From Antedon mediterranea (taxonomy: Eukaryota > Animalia > Echinodermata), in contig NC_092670.1 of NCBI RefSeq assembly GCF_964355755.1, positions 14,494,795 to 14,558,794 of the forward strand: 64,000 nt of DNA. Direction: 5' to 3'. A program made the translations under genes and the position numbers. Of the stretch, positions 46,645-62,100 are shown piece after piece (the first letter of the stretch is position 1; each line of letters starts with the position of its first letter). The notes beneath the pieces were generated by a model. The model did no database searches. It was not told where the DNA came from and saw only the letters and a program-made list of their open reading frames with translations.

Positions 46645-48406
46645 AATATTTGTAACAATGACATAAGACAGGTGCGAAAGGGAACTGACCTACACTACTA
46701 CTAGGACCTACAACATGCTATAATTGTAAGCTCATTCAACGAGTCGTTGTTTCTTCTCTTTAATTAAGAACTTATAAACTAAAAACTAAAGTTAATATAT
46801 ATCCAAGGTGCAAAAGGAAACTAGCGCCGTTTAGTCCTACTAAAAACAGGCTAGGCCTAGGTACACTGTGTAGTAGACCTATTTGTTCATATTTAACATA
46901 CACATCAGGCCATACACGATTGTCGTGCTGCTCCGGAAGCCATCGGGCAGAAAAACTTCACGACGTTTGTCATCTCTCAAACTACAGCCTTCCCGTATGG
47001 CGTATAGCACACTAAACACATGCCTCTATATCATAGGCCTAGCTAGCCTAGAGGGTAAGTAGAAATTACAAAACAACTACAAATTAAACAATCCACATAA
47101 TTTCTTACCTATTTCTAAACAAACTTGAGTATGTTATCAAGTTTGTTATTTCTTAATATTCGTTATATATAAAATAGTATTTGTAATACAGTATTATCAA
47201 AGTTAATAAAGTTTTCTTGTATCTTGTATCAGAACGACTCTGTACAAACCAACATGGAATTATCAACACATGAAGTATGGCATGCAATCCTCGCCAAAAT
47301 TACCAATATGTAACGAATAACGGAAATTAGTTGTGCATCGCGTATCTCTAAAACGTGTGAACATAACATTTCATAACTTTGACAGCATATGGGCATTTAC
47401 GTGAAGTTGTGCACCTCCTATTTTTAAATGACTTCAGAGTTGCGCAACATGACTTACGCGCGTTTTTACGAAATTCGCGTATTTAACATAGATCGAAACC
47501 ATATAACAATTTAAAGTTTAATTTATATCTTGCGCTAACTGACTATGGAAAAATGGCATGTTTCACGCCAAGTTACGCGCGCACGTGCGTTTAAAATCTA
47601 AAAACGCGAAAAATCAATTTCTAATCAATTTTCTACGCGTTTCATGTCATTTTAAACATATAAAAATTCCCACGCGCGTGCATTTTTACGCGCGCGTGCG
47701 CATGTAGCGTTATTTTTGTTTTTCCAGCATTTTCTAGTAATTTTACCAATTTTAAAACAATTTCGACTTAATATCACGTCATACGAGCACGAAGAATTTG
47801 ACAATTTGCGCGCGTTTTTGATGAAAAAGTTCAAAAATACGTCAAAATTATGCTTTTTTTTAAACAGTCATAAATTCTAAACTACACGGTCAACTTTTTG
47901 TGGATGACATATTCTGGAAGTTGATGAGTTGTAAATATCGGATCATGCATCAATATGGCTAACCGGACATTTTAACGTCATCGTATGGCCACTCGAATAT
48001 AAAATATAGGATTTTTGTCTCTTTCGTCATAGCAGCTCATCACATTTAATAGAGCGCATCTCCACTTATCCGTATTCCATTGCCTTCCATTTTTTTGTAT
48101 TGTCTAGGTCAATCAATTATCTTTCGCATGATTTACCATTTTTTGAAATTTTTATGACGTCATCATGTGCAAAAGCGTCAGTAACTTTGGTCACATATTT
48201 TCACCTATTCTGCACTGTATGTAGTACCTATACAGTATATAGCGTATACCGTATATACTTATACGTGACGCAAAATAGAGAGCGCACTAAATTTTTTTTC
48301 AATGATATAATCGTTTTTCTACGCGCAATATTCTAACGTGTGGCGTGCGCGTGGCTTTTGCGATGCGGATAACCTAACTCGTCCGTAGTGACGAGTTCAA
48401 ATCTAG

Positions 48407-51400
48407 TCTTTTTTTTCTTTTTTCTTCTTTCTTTCCCAGAATTTTGTTGCGCGTGTATCTCAAAATCTTCTTAACATAACATTGTATAACTTTATCAGAA
48501 GATTGACCTCTATCTGAAGATGTCGTAATAAGGTTTTCGGTCCAGTCCGAGTTGCGCAGCGTAACTTACGCGCGATTTTATGAATTTCAATGATTGATCA
48601 TAGATTAAAAACCAAAAGTAATTTTGGTTTGAAACTTGGTGAAAATTTAAGTCATATTAATCGGAAACTTTCTATGGATTAAAAATGGAAGGTTGCGCAG
48701 AAAGTTACGCGCGCACGCGCATTTAAAATTTCAAAATGCGAAAAATCAATTTCTAATCAACTTTCTACGCGTTTCATGTCATTTTGAGCGTTTCAAAAAT
48801 TCCCACGCGTGCGCAATTTTTTACGCGTGCGTGCGCACGTAGCGCAAAAACATCATTTTTTGGCTTGATTTTTGTTTTTCCTGTCTTTTTTTAGTAGATT
48901 TACTAACTTCCAAACAATTTCGACTTAAAATCACGTCATACGAGCACGTAGAATTGAAAAATTTGCGCGCGTTTTTGATGAAAAAGTTCAAAAATTCGTG
49001 AAAATTATGCCTTTTTTAAAAAAGTCATAGATTATAAACTACGTGGTGAACTTTTTTTAAATTACAGATTCTGGAAGTAGATGAGTTGTAGATATCAAAT
49101 CATCCATGAATATGGCTAACCGAACATTATGACGTCATCGTATGGCCACTCGAATATAAAATATAGGATTTTTTTCTCTTTCGTCATAGCTCGTCACATT
49201 TAATAAAGTGCATCTCCACTTATCCGTATTCCATTTCCCTCAATTTTTTTATATTGTCTAGGTCAATCAATTATCTTTCGCATGATTCACATTTTTTGAA
49301 ATTTCTATGACGTCATCATGTGCAAAAGCGTCAGTAACTTTGGTCACATATTTTCACCTATTCTGCACTGTATGTAGTACCTATACAGTATATAGCGTAT
49401 ACCGTATATACTTATACGTGACGCAAAATAGAGAGCGCACTAAATTTTTTTTCAATGGCATAATCGTTTTTCTGCGCGCAATATTCTGACGTGTGGCGTG
49501 CGCGTGGCCTTTGCGCTGCGGATAACCTAACTCGTCCGAAGTGACGAGTTCAAGTCTAGTTGGTTATCCGCACTTGGCGGATAACCCCTTGTTATTGTCA
49601 GGATCTTTTTTTTTTTTTTATTTTTCTTTTTCTCTTTTTTTTTCTATTTTCTTCTTTCTTTCCACAAATTTTGTTGCTAGTGTATCTCTAAATCTTCTTA
49701 ACATAACATTGTATAACTTTATCAGAAGATTAACCTCTAACTGAAGATGTCGTAATAAGGTTTTCAGTCGCGTCCGAGTTGCGCAGCGTAAGTTACGCGC
49801 GATTTTATGAATTTCAATGATTGATCATAGAATAAAAACTAAAAGTTTTTTTGTATTGAAACTTGGTGAAAATTTAAGTCATATCATGCGCTAACTTTCT
49901 ATGGAGAGAAAATGGCATGTTTTAAAGAAAGTTACGCGCGCACGCGCGTTTAAAATTTCAAAATGCGTAAAATCAATTTCTAATCAACTTTCTAGGCGTT
50001 TCAGGTCATTTTGAGCATTTAAAAAATTCCCACGTGTGCGCAATTTTTTTACGCGCGCGTGCGCACTTAGCCCAAAAACATCTTTTTTTTCCTTGATTTT
50101 TGTTTTTTCAGCCTTTTCTAGTAAATTTACCAATTTTCAATCAATTTCGACTTAAAATCACGTCATACGAGCACGTAGAATTGAACAATTTGCGCGCGTT
50201 TTTGATGAAAAAGTTCAAAAATTCGTCAAAATTATGCCTTTTTTAAAACAGTCATAGATTCTAAACTCTGTGGCGAACTTTTTTAAAATTTCAGATTCTG
50301 GAAGTAGATTAGTTGTAGATAACAAATCATGCATCGATATGGCTAACCGGACATTGTGACGTCATCGTATGGCCACCCGAATACAAAATATAGGATTTTT
50401 TTCTCTTTCATCATAGCTCGTCAAATTTAATAGAGCGCATCTCTACTTATCCGTATTCCATTTCCCTCAATTTTTTTATTTTGTCTAGGTCAATCAATTA
50501 TCTTTCGCATGATATACCGTTTTTAAAATTGTGATGACGTCATCATGTCCAAAAGCGTCAATAACTTTGGTCACTTATTTTCACCTATTCTGAACTGTAT
50601 GTAGTACGTATACAATATATAGTGTATACCGTGTATACTTAGACGTGACGTAAAATAGAGAGCGCACTAACATTTTTTCAATGGCATAATGTTTTTCTCT
50701 GGGCAATATTCTAACGTATGACGTGCACGTGGCTTTTGCTCTGCGGATAACCTAACTCGTCCGTAGTGACGAGTTCAAATCTAGTTCTATTTTCTTCTTT
50801 CTTTCCACAAATTTTGTTGCTAGTGTATCTCTAAATCTTCTTAACATAACATTGTATAACTTTATCAGAAGATTGACCTCTATCTGAAGATGTCGTAATA
50901 TGGTTTTCAGTCGCGTCCGAGTTGCGCAGCGTAAGTTACGCGCGATTTTATGAATTTCAATGATTGATCATAGAATAAAACCTAAAAGTTTGTTTGTATT
51001 GAAACTTGGTGAAAATTTAAGTCATATAATGCGCAAACTTTCTATGGATTAAAAATTGCATGCTTCACAAAAAGTTACGCGCGCACGCGCGTTTGAAATT
51101 TCAAAATGCGAAAAATCAATTTCTAATCAATTTTCTACGCGTTTCATGTCATTTTGAGCATTTCAAAAATTCCCACGCGTGCGCAATTTTTTTACGCGCG
51201 CGTGCGCACGTAGCGCAAAAACATCATTTTTTTGCTTGATTTTTGTTTTTCCTGTCTTTTTTAGTAAATTTACCAACTTTCAAACAATTTCAACTTAAAA
51301 TCACGTCATACGAGCACGTAGAATTAAACAATTTACGCGCATTTTTGATGAAAAAGTTCAAAAATTTGTCAAAATTATGCCTTTTTTTAAACTGTCATAG

Positions 51401-51929
51401 ATTCTAAACTACGTGGTGAACTTTTTTAAAATTACATATTCTGAATGTAGATGAGTTGTAGATATCGAATCATGCATCGATTTGGCTAACCGGACATTGT
51501 GACGTCATCGTATGGCCACACGAATATCAAATATAGGATTTTTGTCTCTTTCGTCATAGCTCATCACATTTAATAGAGCGCATCTCCACTTATCCGTATT
51601 CCATTTTCCCCCATTTTTATATATTGTCTAGGTCAATCAATTATCTTTCGATTGATTCACCATTTTTAAAATTGTTATGACGTCATCATGTCCAAAAGCG
51701 TCAATAACTTTGGTCACTTATTTTCACCTATTCTACACTGTATGTAGTACGTATACAGTATATAGTGTATACCGTATATACTTAAACGTGACACAAAATA
51801 GAGGGCGCACTAACATTTTTTTCAGTGGCATAATCGTTTTTCTGCACGCAATATTCTAACGTATGACGTGCACGTGGCTTTTGCGCTGCGGATAACCTAA
51901 CTCGTCCGTAGTGACGAGTTCAAATCTAG
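48407..51929 (+). mobile_element. Three non-autonomous units (48407-49559, complete 49560-50784, 50785-51929)
   Basis: Right-end CTAG at 49559, 50784, 51929; one left terminus at 49560. Confidence 0.87.
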
Positions 51930-51940
51930 TTTTTTTTTTT

Positions 51941-52047
51941 TTGGTTATCCGCACTTGGCGGATAACCCCTTGTTATTGTCAGGATCTTTTTTTTTTTTTT
52001 TTTGGTTATCCGCACTTGGCGGATAACCCCTTGTTATTGTCAGGATC
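51941..52047 (+). repeat. Two stacked left termini
   Basis: Cores at 51943 and 52004. Confidence 0.9.
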
Positions 52048-54878
52048 TTTTTTTTTTTTTTTTTTTTTTTTCTATGTTCTTCTTTCTTTCCACGAATTTT
52101 GTTGGTCGTATATCTCTAATTTTGGCCAACATTAGATTGTATAACTTTGTCATAAGATTGACCTATAGCTGTAGATGTGCAGCCAAGCTTTTGGACGATT
52201 TCGGAGTTGCGCAGCGTAAGTTACGCGCGATTTTATGAATTTAACTGATTGATCATAGATTAAAAGCCAAAAGTCATTTTGTATTGAAACTTGGTGAAAA
52301 TTTAAGTCATATCATGCGCAAACTTTCTATAGATTAAAAATGGCAGGTTGCGCAGAAAGTTACGCGCGCACGCGCGTTTAAAATTTCAAAATGCGAAAAA
52401 TCAATTTCTAATCAACTTTCTACGCGTTTCAGGTCATTTTGAGCATTTCAAAAATTCCCACACGTGCGCAAGTTTTTAACGCGCGCATGCGCACGTTGCG
52501 CAAAAACATCTTTTTTTTGCTTGATTTTATTTTTTCCTGTCTTTTTTAGTAAATTTACCAACTTTCAAACAATTTTGACTTAAAATCACGTCATACGAGC
52601 ACGTAGAATTGAAAAATTTGCTCGCGTTTTTGAAGAAAAAGTTAAAAAATTCGTGAAATTATGCCTTTTTAAAAAAAGTCATAGATTCTAAACTACGTGG
52701 TAAACTTTTTTAAAATTACATATTCTGGAAGTAGATGAGTTGTAGATATCGAATCATGCATGAATATGTCTAACCGGACATTGTGACGTCATCGTATGGC
52801 CACTCGAATATAAATTATAGGATTTTTGTCTCTTTCGTCATAGCTCATCACATTTAATAGAGCGCATCTCCACTTATCCGTATTCCATTGCCCTCAATTT
52901 TTTTATATTGTCTAGGTCAATCAATTATCTTTCGCATGATTCACCATTTAAAATTTTTTATGACGTCTTTATGTGCAAAAGCGTCAATAACTTTTGTCAC
53001 TTGTTTTCACCTATACTGCACTGTATGTAGTACGTATACAGTATATAGTGTATACTGTATATACTTAGATGTGACACAAAATAGAGAGCGCACTGAAATT
53101 GTTTCAATGGCATAATCGTTTTTCTGTGCGCAATATTCTAACGTATGACGTGCACGTGGCGTTTTCGCGGCGGATAATCTAACTCGTCCGTAATAACGAA
53201 TTAAAATTTATTTTTTTTATTTTTCTATATTCTTCTTTCTTTCCACGAAATTTTTCCGCAGCGTATCTCAAATTCTGGCCAACATAAGATTGTATAACTT
53301 TGTCATAAGATTGACCTGTAGCTGTAGATGGCAATAAGCTTCGTTAAATGATTTTAGAGTCGAGCAGCGCAAGTTATGCGCGATTTTATGGAATTTATGG
53401 TTGCTTTTAAATTCTCAACACAAACTTTACGTGTATTTCATAATATTTAGCAACTTTTGTCATGATAAAAATGGCTTGCTACGCAAAAATTACGTAGAAA
53501 TTGAATAGAGCAGATTTGAATTCAATTACATATTTTGTCTATCTATGTCATGACGTCATCATATGGCCAGTGGAATTCAATAAGTCAGATTAGAGCGCAT
53601 CTCAGTTTTATGTTTCCAAAATCCTTCAAAATTGTATTAATTATTTAATAGATAATTAAATTATATAACATATACAGTATATTCTGTAATATGCTGTCAG
53701 CACTGTAACTATATTTATGTCATACTCATAGGATGGCATATTACTTGCCAGCGTGCCCAACATTCTTCAACTTCTAAGAATATAATTATTTAGATAATTA
53801 TTCTATAAAGTTCTTACCTTCATGTTTTATTTTAATGACGTCATCAAGTAAAAAAAATGTAAAATTAGAATAAAAATATGGGTCTCGTAATATTTTGTAT
53901 GCTTCACTGTAATATATATTAGACGTATGACACAAAATAGACACAATTCATTAAAATCTCACTTCTACCTACCTGAATTTCCTCAAAATGTCAACATGTT
54001 GTTGCTCAGAACAATTTTCCTATCGAATGCTGTTTGATCATGCTATGGGGTCATGCTAAGGTAATAGTAATTGGAAAGGTGGGAGTTTTATTTGTTTTTT
54101 TCATATTTCATTACTTCAACATATTACAAATCTCAGTTGTACCTGCCAAATTTCTTTTTTAAATTAAATGTATTATGTTCTCGCTGAGATGAATTATTTT
54201 CCGAAAATGGACATACCTTTATGTTTCATTTTTATGACATCAAACAATGTTGTTCCCGTAATTTCAGTTCTATACACCAAAATATACTACAATACAACCA
54301 GTTACATGTGTGAATAATAACAATAACAATTTCTTGTCTTCTCTGCTCTGTGATTTGATCTGATCAATTATCTCAGTTACCAGTGAAACTTGCTCCAATA
54401 GATATAATATTTCTGATAAAACTAATATCACCACACCATAACTGTTAAAAATAATCTTTTATTTCAAACAAAATAAAAAAAACACACAAATATGTATAAA
54501 GTCTGTGTATTTATAAAAGCTTACATTGGTTATTGCAAATTGCACAAAATTGTTAACATAATAATTATAGTAGGCTGTTTATACTATACAGTAGTTCATG
54601 CACACGTTGGTGATCAGTAATTTTACTTAGTACATTATATACATGTTAATTTGTTAGTTGTGGATTTATTAAACACATATTTATTGATCTATTTATAGAA
54701 GATTGTTATTTTTTAACAATAACCATTAATATGATTAATAATTTAATAATTTGCCGCGTTTAGACAAATGTTATTAAATAGCGAATGACTGCATTAGTGA
54801 CTGCCTAAAAATTCGGATCCCATTATAATTAAAGAGATGAAACCATTCCATTGTACACCTAAAAACCAAAACAAAATG

Positions 54879-56010
54879 AATTGATTATTCTTGCAAATGA
54901 ATAAATTGCTGTATAAGTAATTTCATGTGGACCTGCATAGATAGAAAAAAAAACTGAAAGTATGTATAGACCTAATGAAGTATTGGTAATCGTATAAAAC
55001 AAAACGTATTTTCTTCTTCTGTAAAATGTAACTTTTTATTTTTAACATTACTTGAATATTGGTAGATATTGAAAGATTATTATGTGCACAGATTGCAACA
55101 TTGCATATTCAAATTCAGAACAATATTTATAATAATATGACTCATATAAAAACAAGATTAAAATGTGTTTACTCACCAGATATTGTTTCTCCTATACAGG
55201 AGAATAACATGGTTGAAGTTACACATTATTCGCTGCCCCTCGTGCATAGATAATAAATTGATTATTCTTGCAAATGAATAAATTACTGTATTAGTAATTT
55301 CATGTGGACCTGGATAGATAGAAAAAAATTATTAAAAACAATTATACAACTGAAAAAGTATGTATAGACCTAATAAAGTATTGGTAATCGTATAAAACAA
55401 AACGTATTTTCTTCTTCTGTAAAATGTAACTTTTTATTTTTAACATTACTTGAATACCGGTAGATATTGAAAGATTGCATTTTCAAATTCAGAACAATAT
55501 TATATAACTCACATAAAAACAAGATTAAAATGTGTTGACTCACCAGATATTGTTTTCCCTATACAGGAGAATGACATGAGTTGAACTTACATATTATTCG
55601 CTGCCCCTCTTGCATAGATAATAATTGATTATTCTTCCAAATGAGTAAATTACTGTATTAGTAATTTCATGTGGACCTGGATAGATAAAAAAATAATATA
55701 AAAAAACAATTATACAAATGAAATTATGGATAGACCTAATGGAGTATTGGTGATCGTATAAAATAAAACGTATTTTCTTCTGTGAAATTTAACTTTTTAT
55801 TTTTAACATTATTTGAATACCGGTAAATATTGAACAATTGTTATGTGCACAGATTGCAACATTGCATATTCAAATTCAGAACAATATTTATAATAATAAC
55901 TCACATAAAAACAATATTAAAATGTGTTTAGTCACCAGATATTGATTTTCCTATACAGGAGAATGACATGGGTTGAAGTTACAGATTACTCGCTGCCCCT
56001 TGTGCATAGA
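54879..56010. repeat. Three copies of the ~370-400 bp repeat downstream of the A3 ORF
   Basis: CACCAGATATTG at ~55174, 55541, 55933. Confidence 0.8.
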
Positions 56011-56149
56011 GAGTCATAATTATTTTCAGCTTGTTTTTATCAAATTGGGTTTTTTTTCATGATTTCCAGTTCTATTTTCAATTCTTAAAAAGTTTTTTTT
56101 ATAGTATTCTATTCTGAATTCTATTCACAGAAATATAATTCCAAAACCA

Positions 56150-59100
56150 TTAAAATTTAATGTGAATGGCTTCATGATAGCTATAATAAATTGGAATTAC
56201 TTCAGCCTGTACTGAATCAAGACCTTTGCTATAGACATGATCAATCAATGTATTGTTTTCAGTGGTGGAACATGTAACATGTTGTCGGTACTCATTCTCT
56301 GACATTAAATTTTTCACTCTGGAAGATTGTTTGAAAAGATTTTCATTAAAATCACCCATTAAAATACATTTTGTACTCATTTTATGTAACTCTTCCAAAT
56401 ATTTTCTCAAATTTTGACAGAATTGATTAATATCATAGCTTGGGGGTCGATAAATTACTGACACGGAAACTGAAATTGGACTTGTTATTAAAAATGAAAC
56501 TGCTTCTATATCATAATTAGGTATGTTTAATCTGCTTGAAAACGTGTTTTTGGTATACACTGCAACGCCGCCATGAGCCTGATTTTTCAATTTGGAACTC
56601 AGATCATTTCTATTAGAATACGAATCATACCTTGCTTGGTGATACAATTTATACGGCTGAATATTTACTTCAAAAACATCTTCATCTTTATTCAACCACG
56701 TTTCAGTCAGACATATGATACTAGAATTCATAAACAAATCATTGCACTGAAGATCAGCAAAATGTTGCTTAAGTCCTTGAATATTATGTAACATTATTGA
56801 AAATTTAGAATCCGAATCATGACCTTGATTTTCACATTGTACATATGAATCCATATTATTTAAGCATTTCTTTATGTTTGGATCACAATAAATCAAATTA
56901 GGATTAAGATGTTCAATAGTAAGTCCAGATATTGAAGTAACACGACTGAGGGCTACGTATGCTTGTCCAGGTGCAAATGTATTTTTAAGGCAAACTACTG
57001 CTTCATTCATTGTCAATCCTTGGACTTTATGAACTGTGCATGCATATGCTAATTTGAGAGGAAATTGTTTTCGACTATATTTATTCCCCATAGATTCTTT
57101 AAACATTTCAATTGCCTGAACACCGATTTCATTATTATCAAACTTTACTTTAATAGATACCGGTTTGGCGTTATTATTGGGTTTGACTATTTCATAAACA
57201 TGTCCCATACATCCATTCGTCAAGCCTTTTTTAACATCTACATTTTTAATCAACATCACTCTGGCATTAAGTGCAATCCACAAATAATTTAGTAAACTAG
57301 TTTGACGTGAATTCCGAGGTTTGTCACAAATTTTGGTCTGTTTCTTGGCGTTTACTACACTATCTTCTGCTTCAATGCATACAATGTCTGTACAGATTTT
57401 GTGCAACATTTTTTTATTCCATTCATCAACTTGTTTATTGCGTGGGTAAATATGAACAGCATCTTCACATTCTTCCCCTGTTTCACGTGATTTTAAAACA
57501 AATAAATCGTTATCAGACAAACAATCATGTTTTTCTTTTGTACGCAATTTGTTTAACAATAAAGCAAATTCTTTATCTTCTTTTTGTCTCATGATTTGGT
57601 CTAACTGTACTTGCTTAAAGTTATCTAACCACAGTGAGCTTTCCAATGTGTCTTTATATAACGAACTGCCCATCACTGGGGGTAACTGATAAAAATCACC
57701 AACAGCAATTACTGAAATGTTACCAAATGGACTATCGTTGCGTACTTGTTTTATTTGCCTTAATCGTCCGTGGATATACCAAAGTAACCTTTGATTTACC
57801 ATTGATATTTCATCTATAATAACAATTTGCAACTGACGCAACTGATTACGAAGTGCACTTATTTTTTCTTCTCCAAGTGGTTGATACGGAAGTGAAATAT
57901 TAATCGGGATAGACAAAGCGCTATGAATTGTTTGGCCTTTAATATTATATGCTGCGATTCCTGTAGGAGCTAATTTCAATATTGACAAATCATCGGGATT
58001 TTCCATAATTTTTCCAAGAATACGTGTCGCTTCATTATAAATACAGTTTACCAAATGACTTTTTCCTGTACCAGCGCCACCAGTTATGAAAGTGTAAAAT
58101 GCTTCAGGTTTTTTACCATTAGCTTTGTCTAAACACCATTGTCTTGTCTTATAAAATATATGTTGTTGTTTTTCATTTAAAGATCGAATCATTTTGTTCA
58201 ATTCTGGTCTTGGAATATTAGATGAATTAGACTCTACTTTAGATGTATGATTTTTTTGAATTCCAAAATCTGGAATGAAAAATTCATCTTCTTCATCATC
58301 AACCTCTACATTAGGCTTTGGGTTGTCTAACCTTTCTTTTTCACTTTCTGGACATAATAGGCTCCATGCATCTTCTTGTGGTCCAAATTTTGATAAACAT
58401 TCCTGTGCTTCTTCAACATCATCAGCACTTTTTTCATATTGTTCCATGTTTCCATAAACTATTGACTTTACCGTTTGTAATTGACAGTCACATAATTTCA
58501 CACATCCTTCCTCATGAAATTGTTCGTACGTTTCAAAATTTGGAGGTTTTAACTGTTCATCTTTTCGAAATGGTAGAAATAACTGAAGTATACTCAAAAA
58601 ATATTTCTCAGGTGCTGTATCCATTGGAAATCGAGGGTATCTTACTATAGCATTACTAGTTCGTGTTCTTTTTTGGATGAATCCCAACTGTTTTTTTAAC
58701 TGAAATACATTCTTTTTTTGTTTGTTTCCTTTCATTTCTGATGAACTCAATATTCTATATTCCGAACAAAATTTTGCAAGGCACATTTTATTAAATTCAG
58801 AACTATTAGGTCGAGCTATATATTTGTCGATCTTATTTGGCAACCATGCACTTACATCATCATCTTCTTTGTTTTTAATTACACTTAGTGGTAAACTCAT
58901 TCTGACAGGATTAGGTCCTACTGGGATAAATTCAACTTTCCTTGAACATTCTTTTAATCTTAAACTACAAACACGATAAATACTTTCTTGTGCAGACACT
59001 TCTCGATTATTCATATAAACATTACCAAGTTTTCGCAAACTTTGCCTAGCATCTTCATTGCCTTCTTTTACTTCTGATGCTGCATGATTTAACAGTAAAC

Positions 59101-62100
59101 CCATTTCACGTTCAGATTTTGACATATATCCTATAACGTAAATAATACATGCATATACATTTGTAATATACTGAATATCCATATTAGCATTCCATGCTCT
59201 CAATAAGGAAGGATTATATTGATTTACCCACACATCTTGAGGGTTTCTCTTTATAACAATCTTTTCCTCAGTAGCTACACAATTATTTGCTTTCTCAAAT
59301 GCACTCTGTGTAATACCTAAACTTTGGAAAAGTTCTATTGCATTTTTATATGTTTCTTCATTAGTCACAGCATCTTTTACTGAGGTTAACAGCTCCATTG
59401 CTTTTTTATTGTCATCATTATCATCATTGTCTTTATCCACAATTGTAGGTCTCATAACAAATGTATTTCCAGAAGGTTGTCTGGGAAAGTTAAATCTGCA
59501 ATTTGTTCCCTTTTTTTTACATGATTTAGAATGTCTTTTACTGTGAATTTGCACACTTTTAACAATTTCATTCAGTTCAGGATCTACAGTTTCACATGGC
59601 ACAGCACAAGAAATATATTTATCAACAAAATTAATAACTTCAATATCTTTATCTGTACCAAAAATAGGAGCATTTTCAACCCATACTAACATATGAACAT
59701 GTGGACTTCCTCTCATTTGAAATTCAATTCGGTAAAAATAATCTACGACTTTACCAATAGGCTGTGCTTCAGACAAAATTACATTTTTCAAAAAAGTATG
59801 AAAGCGTTTATCAAACATTCTGGCAACAGTCACTGGATTTGATTTCAACAAATTACATTTATCTGCCCATTCTAATTCTTCAATGTTTCTTTGGTCTCCA
59901 GACTGACTTAGCAATGTCGTCATTATTTCTTTCCAACGGAAATCAGCACTTGAGAATGAAAGAAAGAATGTTGGTTTTCCAATCTGTCTAACCATTGCTA
60001 TTATATCTTTTTGTGTAGCTTGCCAGTACGGTGGAGTTCCACGAATTTGTTTTAGAAATTTATAACCCCTATCAGATTTTAAAATCTCCTGAATTTTGGT
60101 AACATTTTTTAAATCGGATACAGTAACTTTGCTAAAATCATCCTTTTTACTTGACCCTTTTCGCAATGCAATGGAAATACTTGATAAAATTTGTTGAAGT
60201 TCATATAAAGATTGAGCATAAAATATGAATTCTGTATTTTGTGCAAACCTGTTATCTATATGCATTAATCTATTGTGAAAATAACGTCCAAGTGTTATTT
60301 TAACATCTCTCGTATCATGGAATGTTGGTTGTCCTGTTGGAAATAACACTGGAAATGATTTTGCTTCATTGCTTTTATTACTTAACAATGCAATAGGACT
60401 ATTATTTTCACATGGTGCACAACAAATTATGTCATTAAAATATTCATCAACCAAATTCTGTCGCCTGTCAACAGGTTGAAGACTTGTATCAAAGGTAACA
60501 CCACATAATCGATCTTCTACTTCTTCTTCTCTTTCTTCTTCTTCATTGTTTTCATCTTCATTAGTAGTTTCACTTTCGATGTAATCTTCAGATAAATAAT
60601 TGTGCCATTCTTCATTAATAGCTATATCAAAATAGCACTTGTTATGATCTTGTAAATATTTAAGAGCTTGAATAACATTGGCAGTGTTAACAAATTTATA
60701 TTTGTAATAACCTTTGTAAGACAACTTTCGCTTCAATTTTACGGATATTAATTGATCATCAACCTGTGGTCTAGGCAGCATTTTAACAGTTTCAATAGTA
60801 TTTGAAGGTACACATACAACAGGTCCATGTATTCCATGCTGTCCACCTTTAGGTAAATTCATTAATTTCATAAAAGGAATGTTTAATCCAATCAAATGCT
60901 GCTCTAAATTATTTAAACACCTGAGCTCAGGAGGAATATCGTGTAGTTGTAAATTGTTTGAATTGGCTTCTGCAGGAACTTTCCCGTTTAACATTTTCCT
61001 GTGGCATGTGAAACAAATCCATAAACAACACCTTGGTGATTCGACAAATTGACAATGTTTATTACTTTCATTATTGCAAATATGCAAATACTTTTCATTT
61101 ATACAAGCCTGATTTTTGTATTTAGCTTTGATACACTTCATAACTTGATCTTTGAATAACAATTTAAAGCAAACACAACAAACATATTCAGGACCACGAG
61201 AAACTGTTTTCTTGAAGTTTTCTAAAACAATATTAAAATTAGTGTTTTCTGTTTTGATTTTTTCCCGATTTTTCATATTTTTCTTCATGATTGTTTTCCG
61301 GAACCCTTCATCACCATGATACTTTTCTGTAAATCTTTGCTTACACTTTTGCTTACACCTTTGACGGAATTTTAAATTACCTCGATATTTCTCAGCCAAT
61401 TTTTGTTTACAGTTTTGTCTAAATTTCAAATTACTCCTATACTTTTCTGCCAATTTGTCTTTGCATTTTTGTCTAAATTTCAAATTATTCCTATACTTTT
61501 CTGCCAATTCGTCTTTGCATTTTTGTCTAAATTTCAAATTACTCCGATACTTCTCTGCCAATTTCTGCTTACAGTTTTGCCGAAATTTCAAATTATTCCG
61601 ATACTTCTCTGCCAATTTATGCTTAAGGTTTTGTCGAAATTTAAAATTACTCCGATACTTTTCTGCCATTTTTTGGGTAAGGTTTTCTCTGAATTGTGAG
61701 TTATTACAATACTTCTCTGATAATATTTGCTTCAAATTTTGTCGAAATTGTGGATCATTGTGATACCTCTCCTTATTTCTTTGTTTATTATTTTGTATAG
61801 TTTTATGCCTAAACATTGTATCATTGTTGTATCGATTCTTTTTGGTTTCTTTTTTGGTTTTTCGGTAACCCAAATCAATGTTGTAGTTATGTTTAGCTTT
61901 ATTTCGTAACTTAACATTATATTCAGGTTCACATTTATACATTTTGTGTTGTCTTTCTCGGTTTTCTTTCCTCTTTTGGAATTTATAATCATCATCACCA
62001 TATCTTATTTTTTGTGCCTCTTTTACTTTGCGTTTTTTTTCCTCTCTGTATACAGAATCACTTTGATATTTGTTTCCGATTTCATTTGTTTCTTTTGAAT

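Larger units (their letters stand above)
31467..48406. mobile_element. Autonomous Helentron copy A2 (~16.9 kb; left terminus displaced)
   Basis: Same architecture as A1; right terminus CTAG at 48406. Confidence 0.88.
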
